Assembly (NCBI GenBank): GCA_907165135.1
Contig: OU015568.1
Span: forward strand, 1,736,001 to 1,800,000
Source of the DNA: Oikopleura dioica
Lineage: Eukaryota > Animalia > Chordata
DNA: 64,000 bases
Direction: 5' to 3'
A program made the translations under genes and the position numbers. The notes under the pieces are model-generated. The model was not told the origin of the DNA and did not search any database. It worked only from the letters and a program-made list of their open reading frames with translations. Numbering within the stretch: position 1 is the stretch's first letter; each line of letters opens with the position of its first letter. Of this stretch, positions 10,592-23,079 are shown one piece after another.

Positions 10592-13500
10592 ATGAAGATT
10601 AATGCTGCTACCCTCGCTCTTTTCTCCACAACTGAGGTAAAAATACGATTTTTTTTACCATAAATTGCAAATTCTCGGTATAAAATTTCTACCGATTAGC
10701 GCTATTGTGTAGAAAGGAAGAATTTTGACCAAGAAGAATCAATTTTTTTGCCCAACTTACTAACTTAACTGTAGGGCAAATTCTTCAAAAGTCTTATTTT
10801 CAAATTGGATTTTTGGGGTGAAGAAGTCGAGATAGACCCCCAAAAGATGGAGCACTAAAATCGTCTTTTGACCCGTCAAATTGATATCCGGGATCAAAAT
10901 TGAAAAATTCCGAGATTCGAATTTTTCGAAAGAATCCGGCGGGGGTCTTCAAGTGACACCCCTTAGGAAAATTTCATCAAAAAAGTTGTCGAGGAACGTG
11001 AAACTGTTGATATAGTCAACATCAATCAAATTTTATCATCTTTTTACTTTTGCTATCTTGTTTTGGACAATTTGATAAGAGACTTCTTTTAAAATTTTTT
11101 TAATTGATCGTTTTTAAATTTTTGATGAAAGTGTCTTCTGACTTTTTTCATCAAGAAGCTCATCAATGGAAGAAAATGTTTAGATCAAAATTTGAGGCAT
11201 CTGTTAACCAGAAATCGGTTCCGAAAAAGGTCAAATTCGATTTTCCACATGATTCGCTCGATTGTCAATTTTCCAGCCTCTGGGTTGACATTGTTCAAAA
11301 TCGCTAGAATGCATGTCCGGGGGGAGCCAGTGCAAATTTGAAATTATTCAGCCCATCTATCATCCGCGCGTCTTTATGGAGCGAGCATTCCAGTGGCTTG
11401 TGCGCCGAGCCACAGCTTTTTCAGAACGCTAGAATAGATTCTCAGCGCACGTTTATTTCAAGTACCCCCGCCGAATAATATTCTGAATTCTTTCTGGTTC
11501 TACAGAAACACTTCGCTTAAGAAAAATCCTTTACAGATTTCAGCGATTTATTTTATTATCAGTTGCTAATTTGCCAAATTATCAAACAGCACTTTGAAAA
11601 TAGAGGGTCCATTTTGCCAAAAACTTATAGCTGGCTTGATAAGAATCCTCTTATCAACCGCAGCGCAGTTGAGGTCCTCTGAGTTTTTGAGCAACATCCC
11701 TTTCGAAACAAAAAAGGTTTCCGTCGAACCGGATTCGAACCAGTGACCTAGAGATAACTGCTAACCCTCTACAGTCTCCCGCTCTGCCAACTGAGCTATC
11801 GACGGCACGCCCCTCAGGCAAAATTATAATTATTTATTTAGTTAAATAATTGATCTTGCGGAAGCCTCAATAAATATCATTCTAAACAAAAAAGCTCGTC
11901 GAGCAACTTTATTTTCTCCCAATTATCTTTATTTTAAGGGAAACATCAATAATCGTGTTCCCTTATTTATGGTATTAATTGTCCTAATACCATGGTAGTA
12001 ATTAAATCAATTATTACAATATCTCTCCTAATAAGAGGCATCTTGCTGTTGAAAAGAGTGTCTTTTGACCGTGTAATAATGGACTGTATATATTTTGGGA
12101 GCTTAAAATTCGACCTTCACGTGTCCTTATTTATTATGCATATGATATGCATATCCAAAAATGGTTTTAGTACTTAACAAATTGTCCTTTCTATGCATTT
12201 TACATAGCCGAGAATAGAAAGTTCATTTCTCGTCATTTTTTCTTGTCATTTTTTTTATAATTTTTAAATATTTTTTTACATCTTTTTTTGCTGAACGGAT
12301 CATTTTTCTTTTAACACCTTCGCTTTTGAATTTTGAACTTTTCGCAGCAAATTGAGTCAATATTTTTGAAAGCGGTTCTAAAGGAGCCTCCGCAGGTGTA
12401 CCGTAAAAAATTGCTAAGACTTGAAATCACAAGCTAACACAAGTCGTTACGTGTTTTTTCGAAAGCTCCTTGCAAAATCATCGTTTGAATTACCGTTTTT
12501 CCTTTTCAGGCCGTGTCCCTCAAACCGTGGAGAGTTGCACATTCGAAAAATATTGACAAGAAGAAATCTGACGATAAAACACATGCGAAAGCCCTCAGAG
12601 AGCAAGAAAAACTGATGGAAGAAGAAGAAGATGTTACGCTTATCATGGTGAGTCTACGGTCTTTGTCGAAATTCTAGCGCGGGCAGAGGGGGTCAGGGAA
12701 ACATTCCGCAAGTGGAATTCGAGAGGAGACAAGCTTTTTCACTTGTTTGTGAAAAAACGGTAAAATGCAACGCCTCGCACGTTTGTAATTATATTTTGAG
12801 AATAAGGCGATTGCTTGAGTTGAACGAAAGGATATTTTACGGAATGGGTCTTTTGAACCACCGAGAATGGATTATGAGGTGGGGCAATTAGCAAGGAACA
12901 GGGAAAAACGGGAAAGGTTATGTGCTTTCGAAGAAATTGGGAAACTTTAATATAATATAATATAATATAATATAATATAATATAATATAATATAATATAA
13001 TATAATATAATATAATATAATATAATATAATATAATATAATATAATATAATATAATATAATATAATATAATATAATATAATATAATATAATATAATATAA
13101 TATAATATAATAAAACTGACCCTATCCCTAATCATTCCAAATTTATGCCCTCTAAGACCTTCAAAGTACACCATCTCTTACCTAAAAAAGATAACATGAT
13201 GTGAAATTTCCGACTAAGATCTGCCCGTTTCCTCCGACCAAAAATAAGATAACCTCTTACGCCGATAAGGCACCAACCTAGATATGAGGTTTTCTATCAA
13301 AAACAAAAAAGAGAAGGGGGAGAGGAAATTTTTCGAAGCGAAGTTTTGAATTAGATCATCGGAAATTCGAGACTCGAGTATTTATAATAAATCCGCTGAT
13401 GTCTAATTGCTGACACGTGAGATCAGCGCGTAATTTTAGGATTAAGGGGGTTGCCTGGCTGTTAGAAAATGGACGAAACTTAAATCAAATTAAATCGCTA

Positions 13501-16500
13501 GACAATTTGTCGAGACAGTTTCAGCAGAAGGAAACCCCTTCATTTCAAAAAGTCTCGTTTATCGAAGACAAAGAATTGCGAGTAAGAATTGCGCTAGCAA
13601 CACATATTTAAGTATTTACGCTGGTCTAAGTACACAGGAGAGGGCTCGGATGAACCCTTTCGCAACACGTTCTATAATTTACGCCGCAAGACGAGATCCG
13701 AAATAATATTTAGACTTCCCCAAGTGGCTTCCTCTTTCATGGCTCCAATCAAAATATAAAGTGCTTTAGACGATAATTTGTCTAGGAAGAAACAGTCTTT
13801 TTAACGCTTTATCATCACTTTTCTCATTTTTGGAGAATTCTAGCTCCAATTTTGACACCCTTGAAAGCGACAATTAAGAGTAGAATGCTCTTATAAGTAC
13901 GTTGGAATTAGTACGTCTCGAGGCTCGAATTCCGACCCTCAAAACTCTAAGAGCTTGCGTGCCTGATAGGATTTATTAGATCCGGCAGCGCGGATTTTTT
14001 CCTTACCCGGCCCAGTTTTGAGGTGGCGGAGAATTTGAAGCGATCATTAAACGGTCCTTGTTTTGAAAATACAGTTTGGACTTCTGTTTTTTCGAGCCAA
14101 AGGAATGAAAACTCTTTTTTTCTAAAATCACAGCTCTCAATCTACTTGAAATTGAAAAGTTGTTCAATTTTTCCCCTTTTTAAAACTAATCGCTTACTTC
14201 CTTTTATTTCACTGACAACGTGGGAGACCCTTAATCACGCGAACAAGTCTTGTTCTAAGCCTGCCTCCCTCTCCTCCTGAGTTTGGTTATCTCCGGACAG
14301 ATAAGAGGTTCTTCCATGTCGGAGGTACGCTTAACTCGCGACCAACAACTTTGCCAAATAGCACTAACAGGGCTTATCTTCTCAATCCAATGGGCTATTT
14401 CCTGAATGCTTTATACAGTATAAATTATACTTCAATTGTTCCTTTTCAGAACTGGTCTGGCGTCTCACCATCCTTCGAAGAGCGAAAAACACTACGAAAA
14501 CTGCCAGAACGATGCGGCGGCTGTTGGCTAACAAACGACAGAACTACCGAAAAAACGGCTCATTCGATTATCTTTGATAACACAAGGTAAATCCTTAAAA
14601 TGCGATAAGGAATAAATGAGCACGAGTCGTTCCTCATTGCCCTGACCGTAAGAAGACTCACGTTTTTCAACCGCGTTACAGCTTGTTTCGCCGCAAAAAG
14701 GGTGATAAGGAAATTGATTCTAGTTCAATTAGGGTTGCCAAATCCGGCTACTTCATTTTAACAGATTACTTATTCGCCATTTTCAGATACTTCGCACACA
14801 TGGATGATGTCCCAGACCTCTACAACCGAAACCAGGACCAATACTGGGTATTCTTCGCCCGCGAAGCTGCTTCCAAGGTGAGTCAAATCCCTCCCGCGAT
14901 CCCTTAATTCATCAAACAGTTTTTTCTAACGTGGCGCGTTATAAATATAAAACAAGAAAGATTTATTTTTGACACGATCGTGTTCAAAAATCGTTTGCCG
15001 GCTTCACGTTCCAAAAAACGAGAAGTGCTAATTCTTGACTTTAATTACTAATGTTAGCTTGTTTCGACTCAAAACACTTATTTTGTTTTAATGGAAAGCA
15101 GACAATATCGGGAGAAAGATCACTTGTCTATTTTGAAAATAAAGTAGCTTAATTATAAACGCAAAATTAAAAACAACATTTTGTTAGTACAATTCAAGCT
15201 CATTTTTAAACCTTTTTTATCCAGAATGCCGGAGCCGGAGCTGCGAAAATGGAAGGCCAGTGGGATCGCTCCTTCAACTTGACCTCTTCTTACCGTCTTG
15301 ATTCCGACGTCCCACGACCCTATGGCGACTACAACTCCGCTCTTCAAGATGCTAGATATTCTTACGTAAGTACTCGAAACAACTTTCGAAAGTGGAAGAA
15401 TTGATGATTATTTTTTCTGGCTACGTGATGAACGTCAAGCGAGCTTTCGCGAGATGACGTAGAAAAAATAAAGAATTGAGTTTATCCTCATCTATTTGAT
15501 CAATTTCCCGGAGCTATTCTGAGAAAATTTCTTCCAAAATTACATTGTGAAATTTATCTTTCTTTCAGAACAAAAGTCAAGGAAAATTCATCGAGCGAAT
15601 TAGCGGAGAAGGAATCATGAAGATCATCCAGCGATTGAAACAACCAACTGGTGAAAATCACACTGCCTGGTTGGTGTCCAACTGCGAAGAAACACGAGGA
15701 GCCGTTGTTCGAAAAGAGTTTACTGATCGACTCGTCAAGGTAGAAATTTTTTGAGGAGCATGGATTTTAACCCGTTTCAGCACGGCTTGAAGCTCGACGG
15801 ATACGGCGAGTGCTACGACAATGTCCTTGTCGATTCTCCATGGAAGAAGCCCAGTTTTGATACTGATACCTACGGTCCTTTTACTAAGTACAAGGTGAGA
15901 ACCATGATCTTTCGAAATCGAAATCAGCGCTGAATTTTAGTTCTACCTTGCCTTCGAAAACTCGATCCACTGCAACGACTACATGTCCGAAAAGTTCTGG
16001 CGAAATTCGTTGAATCAATTCATGGTCCCCATCGTTTACGGTCCTCACCCAGACGATGTCAAGGTAAGAAACGGAAGATGAAACTGTAAATAATCTTGTT
16101 CTAAGGCCGTGGCACCGCCAAATTCGTACATTCACGTCGAGGATTATTCTTCGCCCCACGAGCTTGTCAAGTACTTGGACTATTTGGACAGAAATATGAC
16201 TGCGTAAGTACCCCTTTTGAATTTTGGAAAAGGGTCGCTCTTTGGCCGAAACCTCTATTTTCAACCGAAAAATAAGATCTTCAGTAAACTATTTTTCTTC
16301 AATAATCTTATTTTCTAGTTACATGGAGTACCATTCCTGGCGATTCGCTGAAGCTGATCCTGATGAGCCCAACGCCTCAAAAAATACTGAAAGAATGTAT
16401 TGCGGCGTCTGCAAGGAAGTCAAGAAGCGAAAGAATCTCGGCTTCCCGAAGAAGATCATTCCTTCCGTCGCCAGCTGGTGGTGGATGAATGTTCACGATG

Positions 16501-16886
16501 ATCAATGCATCTCAGGACAAGAAATGCCAAAGTGGCTCGTCGATGAGCCAGTGGTTACTTCTGAGAATATGTAAGTCAATAGATCCGAATTCAAGGTCCC
16601 TAGATGTCATTTGATGTCCTCAAATGTCTTCAAATGTCTTCAAATGTCTTCAAATGTCTCTTAGAATGTCTTTTGATGTCCCTTGATGTCTTTTAATTTG
16701 ACAGGATGTCTCTTGATGTCTTAAGATGACCTAGAACGATACTAGATATCCACAAATGTCTCTAGATGTCCCAAATGTCTCTTAGATGTCTTTATTAATA
16801 AAATATGAAAAAACCTTCAATTTATCTTTAGGTATGACGAGCTCAAAGTCCTGTCCTTCAACAACGGCAAACACTCACCAAAATAA
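10592..16886 (+). CDS. Alpha-1,3-fucosyltransferase (GT10)
   Basis: Phase-compatible GT-AG exons 10592-10636, 12510-12647, 14450-14586, 14787-14877 and onward; motifs [65 protein letters not shown] and YMEYHSWR. Confidence 0.85.
11720..11805 (-). tRNA. tRNA-Tyr (GTA) with 13-nt intron
   Basis: CCGTCGATAGCTCAGTTGGCAGAGCGGGAGACTGTAG-[AGGGTTAGCAGTT]-ATCTCTAGGTCACTGGTTCGAATCCGGTTCGACGGA, followed by a T6 Pol III terminator. Confidence 0.97.
12948..13113. repeat. (TATAA)n microsatellite, 32 perfect units
   Basis: Uninterrupted TATAA from 12951 to 13110, inside intron 2 of the GT10 gene. Confidence 0.98.
16600..16793. repeat. Degenerate ~10-bp ATGTC-core minisatellite
   Basis: CAAATGTCTT repeated 3-4 times plus about a dozen GATGTC/AATGTC variants in the last GT10 intron. 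Confidence 0.75.
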
Positions 16887-17435
16887 GCAACTCGCCCAAC
16901 CATCACTTTCGCAATTTTCGATCTCTCGGAGGAGAAATTTTTCCAGTGTTTTCAAACAGTCAGACTTTTTTTTATCATTTTTACAGAATTTATATTGAAC
17001 TTACCCTGCCATTTGAGATATTTTTTCCAAAATGAGTAAGAGAAAGAAATAATGAGTGTTTTTTTATCGATTTCAAATTTTCTCTCAAAATTGAAATGAA
17101 AAATTTCGCCCGAAAAATTTTCGTTTTTATGCATAAACCACCTGTAAATTTCTTAATTGTTATATTATCGTAAATCCCGCACTAAAAACAGATTTTCGAT
17201 TGTCGAAGATAAATTCAAAAAATAATATTTTCGAGATCCGATCCAGGTAATCATCATCTTTTTGAAGACATGGAAGAAAATCTGAAGAAGCACTTTCACG
17301 ACGAGGAAGATAAAATTAAAACTTATATTTTCCAACTTTACTTATTTGTTTACCCACTGTACATACTCATTGTATTGAATAAACTTTATCAAAAATAAAA
17401 GCTATGATTCATCTAATTACTGTATTTATTAATAA

Positions 17436-18066
17436 TCAACAGTTGACTTCGCGTTGACTTTCAGATGAACATTTGAATGCTTCGCCATACCATCTCTATA
17501 ACAAAATGTTCTGAATTCCAGGCGCTAGAAAATGTTTACCGAGGGTATCCTTAGCAGCAGGAAAGAATTGAGAAATGAGATCGATGACGTCTTCGATCAT
17601 GTCTCCAAAATTGTCGACAATTCCGGCAGCGTATGTTTGAACAGGTCGTAAATAACGGATGCAATCATATAACACTTATTTTGACATAAAAATATGAAAA
17701 GTATTGAATTACCCAAGACATTATCCTGCCATAGACACGGTCTTAAAAAGGTTGAATTACTTTAAGGTATGATTCATACCGTATGAACAGAATAATGTCT
17801 TGGCAATTATTCAACCCTAAGCAAAATGATTGAAATCCGCATCGATATAGTTTCGGAAGAGTTCTGCTACTTCGTTTGCTGCTCGTTTTTGAACATGCTA
17901 AAAAAAGGTGAATTTTATGACTAGATGGCGAGTAATGTTTTTGAGGAGGACACTATCATACCTGAGGCACATTGGAAAAGTGCTCCCGCTCGACTTCCGC
18001 AGTGACTGCTACGACAGCTAGACAGACAAAGAAGGCTGCGAGGGAGATTCCAGATGCGGCTTTCAT
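17436..18066 (-). CDS. Small secreted protein of unknown function
   Basis: MKAASGISLAAFFVCLAVVAVTA signal, GT donor, then HVQKRAANEVAELFRN, YDCIRYLRPVQTYAAGIVDNFGD and a final exon EMYGEAFKCSSESQREVNC. One junction unresolved. Confidence 0.55.
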
Positions 18067-18586
18067 AACGATTCGCTTTCTCGATTCTTGTTTTTTTCAG
18101 ATGGAAAGAATCTATTCCGTGTTTTTGATGAATCGGGCACACCTTTGGCAAAGACCGCGCCTAGACGAGCTCTGATTTGAATTCACTGTAACCATGTTTA
18201 TGAATAAAATTTTATGAGTCATACTAATCATTAACTAATCACTAATTATTTTCAATCAGCGTTATTTTTTAGATGGTCGTTTGAATGATTATTTTTCAAA
18301 AATTTATGTTTCAAATATTTCAACCTTTTTCGAGGACCCGTTCCTGCCCCTGGGCACTTCGGCCTTAAATGTGCTTCAAAAAGAATGCGGGATATTACGC
18401 GTCAACGCCCCGAGTAGTGAAAACACAAATATATTTTTCTAAAGCTTATTAAACGAGCACAATGAGATAATAAAACTTCAGTGGTCTTAAAAAGAAGCAC
18501 CTGAACACGGGAACGAAAATTGAGAAGCTTCAATCAAAAAGCTAGTGTAGTTTTCAGTAGAGAAGGGAAAAAAGAAAACGGAAAAA

Positions 18587-20952
18587 ATGGGAAAAAGAGA
18601 CAAGCTGATTTATGGACCAGAAGATGTTCCGCCATGGTACATGTGCATTCTTTTAGGAACTCAGCACTTTTTAACCTGTCTTGGTTCCACTGTCGCCATT
18701 CCACTCGTTCTCGCGCCAGCATTCTGCCTCGGGGATGATCCCCAATCAAACCTCGCCAAAAGCTACCTCATGTCAACCCTCTTCGTCGGCAGCGGCATCT
18801 GTACATTCATCCAAGCGACGTTTGGAAATCGTCTGCCGATCCTTCAAGGAGGGACATTTTCCTTTTTGACTCCGACTTTTGCGCTCATGGCGACAGCGCC
18901 GTTTCTTTGCGATAATAAGAAACTCGTTCAATGTACAAGTTCGAATATCACAAGCTCATCCCTTCTCTCGAACGAGACCCTTTTCTTCACACATGAGACT
19001 CTCAATTGCTGCTATGACGAGTCCATGGAAGACTGCAGAGGATTTGTGGAAGAGCCAAACGACTCGGTAGAAGTCAAATGGAATGAGTTCTACGAAGATG
19101 CAAAAACTTGTTGGTCGGGTGATTGCGGAACGCAGATCATTACTTTTGATGAAACTTGGAAAAGAAGAGTGCGGGAAGTTCAGGAAAGAGTTCAGATTTT
19201 TTTGATCCGTGAATTGGTCGCAAATGATACTTTTCTTAGCGATCGAATATATAATGCCTTGGCTCTGTGCCAATTAATCTATCAAAACAAATGTCATGAG
19301 AATCGCACACATGCAATTAACCTAAATCGGCGAACAAATCTAGAACTCAAGAAAAGGGAGCGATCATTTCCGCCTCAGCAGTCGAGCTCGTCATTGGCGC
19401 CACTGGACTGATCGGTGTCGTGCTTAGCTTTATCACTCCACTCGCAATCGCTCCGGTCATCTCTCTCGTTGGTCTCTCTCTTTTTCAGCCAGCCGCGAAT
19501 ATGTCCGCGTCTTGCTGGCCAATTTCAATCATAACTATCGGCTTCATGGTTCTGTTCTCTCAATATCTCCGCGATGTCAACACTCCAGTTCCGTACATAA
19601 ATATCAAAGAAAAGAAATGCGAGGTCAAAATGCTCCCGGTTTTCAAAGTCTTTCCGGTTCTCCTGGCGCTGATAATTTCCTGGGGCCTATGTGGAATTTT
19701 GACAGCGGCGGCAAATGGAGGCGATGGAATGGCGAACTTCGATGATCCTGCGCATTACTGGTACAAAGCCAGAACAGGAAAGGGTTCAAAAAAATCTTTA
19801 GTGCCAAAAAGGCTGAATTGAAGAAAGAACCTTTTCTCAGATACAAAAAATCAGGTCATCGCCGATGCGCCTTGGTTCCGCTTCGTTTATCCCTTTCAAT
19901 GGGGTTGGCCGACATTTTCAGTAGCTGGCTTTGTTGGACTTTTGTCAGGAGTCTTCGCTGGAATGCTCGAATCGATTGGAGATTATTACGCCGCTGCTGA
20001 TATTTCTGAAGTGCCTCCGCCACCAGTTCATGCGATTAATAGAGGGATTATGATGGAAGGTGTTGCTTGTATCATTGATGGAATTCTCGGCTCGGGAAAT
20101 GGAACGACGACTTATTCAGGCAACGGATTTATATTTTGCAGATTTTCTTTGTATTCATTTTTTCTGTCATTTTTTTTCTTTTTCTTTACAAAATCGCTGA
20201 TAAGAAAACATATCCACCTTATCAATCACCCGCTGCGCCTCCCGCCGAATGATCCAAACCGCCGCCGTCATCCTCTTCATCCTCGGCTTTTTCGGCAAAT
20301 TCACTGCCTTTTTCGTCACTCTACCCGACCCGGTCATCGGAGGAATCTATTTCGTCATGTTTGGTCTTATCGTCGGAGTTGGAATTTCAAACTTGAAGCA
20401 TGTCGACTTGTCGAGCTCTAGAAATGTCTTTATTTTTGGAGTCTCGCTTTTTAGCGGAATCGCGTTGAAATATTGGGCTGAAAAGCCAGAGACAAAGATT
20501 GAGACTGGAAGCGCGAATTTTGACCAGATTTTGGTCGTTCTTCTCAGGAAAGATGCCCAAAAATAAAAGAAAAAAATTTTCATGGATCATTTTTGAGCAT
20601 GAAAAACAAGAACCGCTCCATTTATTGGTGGATTTTTCGCAATCATTTTAGATAACACCATTCCCGGAACTCGAAAAGAGCGGGGTGTCGATGCTTGGGC
20701 ACAAAGCTCATCTGATGATGATGTCGACGGACTTGAAACTTATGACATTCCCTGGCTATCGAAAGTCACTAATTTGAGCTTCATGAAATATGTTCCTATT
20801 TCTCCGGCCTTCAAGGTATTCTTCGCCTTTGAAAATTTCACTAAAATGGAATTTAGGGTGGCTCGAATGCTTGGACAAGAAAGGTCTGCCCATGCTCACA
20901 ACAAGTTGATGATGATGAAGTTACTGCGAAAATCGAGTCAACTGATTTTTAA
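18587..20952 (+). CDS. SLC23: Nucleobase/ascorbate transporter (SLC23/NAT family)
   Basis: PPWYMCILLGTQH, GNRLPILQGGTFSFL, APWFRFVYPFQWG, ESIGDYYA, PPVHAINRG, NAT signature TTYSENI, PDPVIGG, SSRNVFIFG and ILDNTIPG; six exons. Confidence 0.95.
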
Positions 20953-21707
20953 AAAATTTACAATTGGAGCAAAAATTTTCTGAATAACCTCACTAACTTA
21001 TTAAAATCTTTCAAAATTCTGCCCTGCATTTATCTCGCTAATAAAAATATTAAGAAAAGAGTCATTTTTTTCAACAAATCATTAAAAAATTATGTTGATG
21101 AAATTTCGTCATTTAAAAAGGAGGTAAAAGGAGTATTTGGAGCGCTAGAATCATTAATTAACGTCGTTAGAGGTTCCATGACGCGTGAGTTGCCTACTTG
21201 AACGAGAAAAAGTTCTGAATCATTAACGAACTTGAGCAAATGAGCAGTTATTCTAGCTGTTTCCATCCCTCAGATTTCAGACAAGCATATTTTGAACTTC
21301 AAGAGAAAAGAAATCATGCAGAAAAGACCGTCTTTGATTGAAGGCAGGAGATCTGAAAGGTACTCAAAACGAACTTATATCGACATCTAGTCCGGGGCTT
21401 TTATCTGAGCCCCCAAAAATCTTTTTCATTATCACAAGATCTGAGAAGAATAAGGGTAGTGGGATTCTAAGGGTACTTAGATTCTAACCTTCTCAAGGGT
21501 AAGGGGCGGCCGACTGATGACTAATCAGTGAGAAGTTCTTTCACCATTTTAGATAGACAATCAAAGAAAGTGGTGTCTGATGCAATGGTTTCTCTTAGAC
21601 AGATCAACTTTTAGATGGTCTAGGAAACTAGCCCTTCCGGAATAAAGCCGCTTAAAATCCCCTCTTATTCATTTTCCAGCCCGCTCGAAATATTTTTTTT
21701 ACCTTTT

Positions 21708-22736
21708 TCATTCAGATTATCGACTCTGTTTTCCATCGAGCTTTCGAATGCTCCTTCCGGTAGTGACTCGGCAGCTGCGTCAGGTAAAAATCTTCTTCTT
21801 GTGTGAATAAGTCTTCTTTTCCACAAATGGAAAAGAGCCAAAGAATCCTACCATTGAGCTCATACTTGAACAGCTCAATAATTTTAATCCTTCAAACAGA
21901 TGGAATCACGTGCGCTTACTCAAAGAAAAAGGATTCTCTACCAGAAAGGGATGAATTTTTGATTTCTAAAATAATTTAGAAGGTCGGGGTCTCTTCGAAT
22001 CTGGAAACGAGTCGCCCGATTCTTCTATTGATCAAAAAGAATTGTCAATCAAAGAACAAGAAGAAGAAGAAATATCGAAGATTCCAGAGAGAAGAAAAGC
22101 TGCGATTTTTTCAACAAAGGTTTGATGGAAATTCTGGGGAGGGTCTTTTTGAAAAACTTTTATTCAATAAAATTAAAATTTTTTTTCAGACATTTGTGAG
22201 CATGGCTTCAAAGGCAAAGATTGCTGACTCAAGTACCGTCAGGGCAAAGGGCCTTTCTTGCCACAAGAAACTTTTGTACAGTAACATCCACTACGCTCTA
22301 CTTTCATTTATCCTGTTCCCGCCCTCTGGATTCGCATCGATATATTTATCCATCAGATCGCTTATTTATATTCGACAAAGGCACTGGTTTTTTATTATTA
22401 TCAAAATTTGCGTCATTGATTGCAAAATTAAAAACCCGTGGAAAGTCGGATGGCATGGGCTGATGACAGGGCCGATTTATCGAAAATCATTTGTAAGTCA
22501 AAATTGTCAAAAATATCAAAATTTGATTGAAAGAAGGTCAATTGAAATTGTCTTTAGCCATCGTTGGAATCAGTTTCGCTGGCTTGGTTGCGCTTTTTCT
22601 GCTTGTTTTATGGCTGGTTTTGCGATACGAAAATGTGGACTCAGGTTTGTTCTTCTTGAAAAAAAATGAAGAGCTATTTTCAGCAGAGTCATTAGCTGGG
22701 CTTGATGCTCTTGGGTCAGGAGAAGGCTCTGGATGA
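21708..22736 (+). CDS. Possible CD225/dispanin-like membrane protein
   Basis: Hydrophobic ALLSFILFPPSGFASIYLSIRS, then a second TM LSLAIVGISFAGLVALFLLVLWLVL and C-terminal GSGEGSG; start not resolved. Confidence 0.4.
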
Positions 22737-22926
22737 AGCCTTGGATGGGCTCTGGATGGTGCTCACTGTATATTTATGTTGCTTGAAATAAAGATAAATT
22801 GAAAAAGAAAGGAACATTTTTTCCGTTTTTCTATTTTATTATATTTTTTTGGTTTCGTTTTCAAGAGTTTTTCACACAATTATTTTATGCAAGAGCTATT
22901 CAAAAGACTATCGAAAGCATCAAAAG

Positions 22927-23079
22927 TTAGAAGAGTCGATTAATGATTCTTTGCCGAGCAGCCAATTTTCGGTAGGAACGGAGGAACTGTTGATTGGACT
23001 CGAAAGAGTCGAGTTCTTGAAAGATTGACCAGCTTTGGACGATGGTGAAGAGGGCGAAGAAAATGAAGAAGAAATTCAT
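22927..23079 (-). CDS. 50-aa secreted peptide precursor candidate
   Basis: A-rich context before the ATG; MNFFFIFFALFTIVQS signal then WSIFQELDSFESNQQFLRSYRKLAARQRIINRLF. Confidence 0.5.
   Translation of the reverse strand: MNFFFIFFALFTIVQSWSIFQELDSFESNQQFLRSYRKLAARQRIINRLF

Noticed and set aside
12947-13174. ORF with (IILYY)n repeats
   Set aside because: It is the translation of the TATAA microsatellite inside an intron.
13150-14350. LTR retrotransposon remnant (purine tract near 13305, TGG-starting PBS-like stretch near 14340)
   Set aside because: No paired LTRs, TG..CA ends, TSD or gag/pol remnants.
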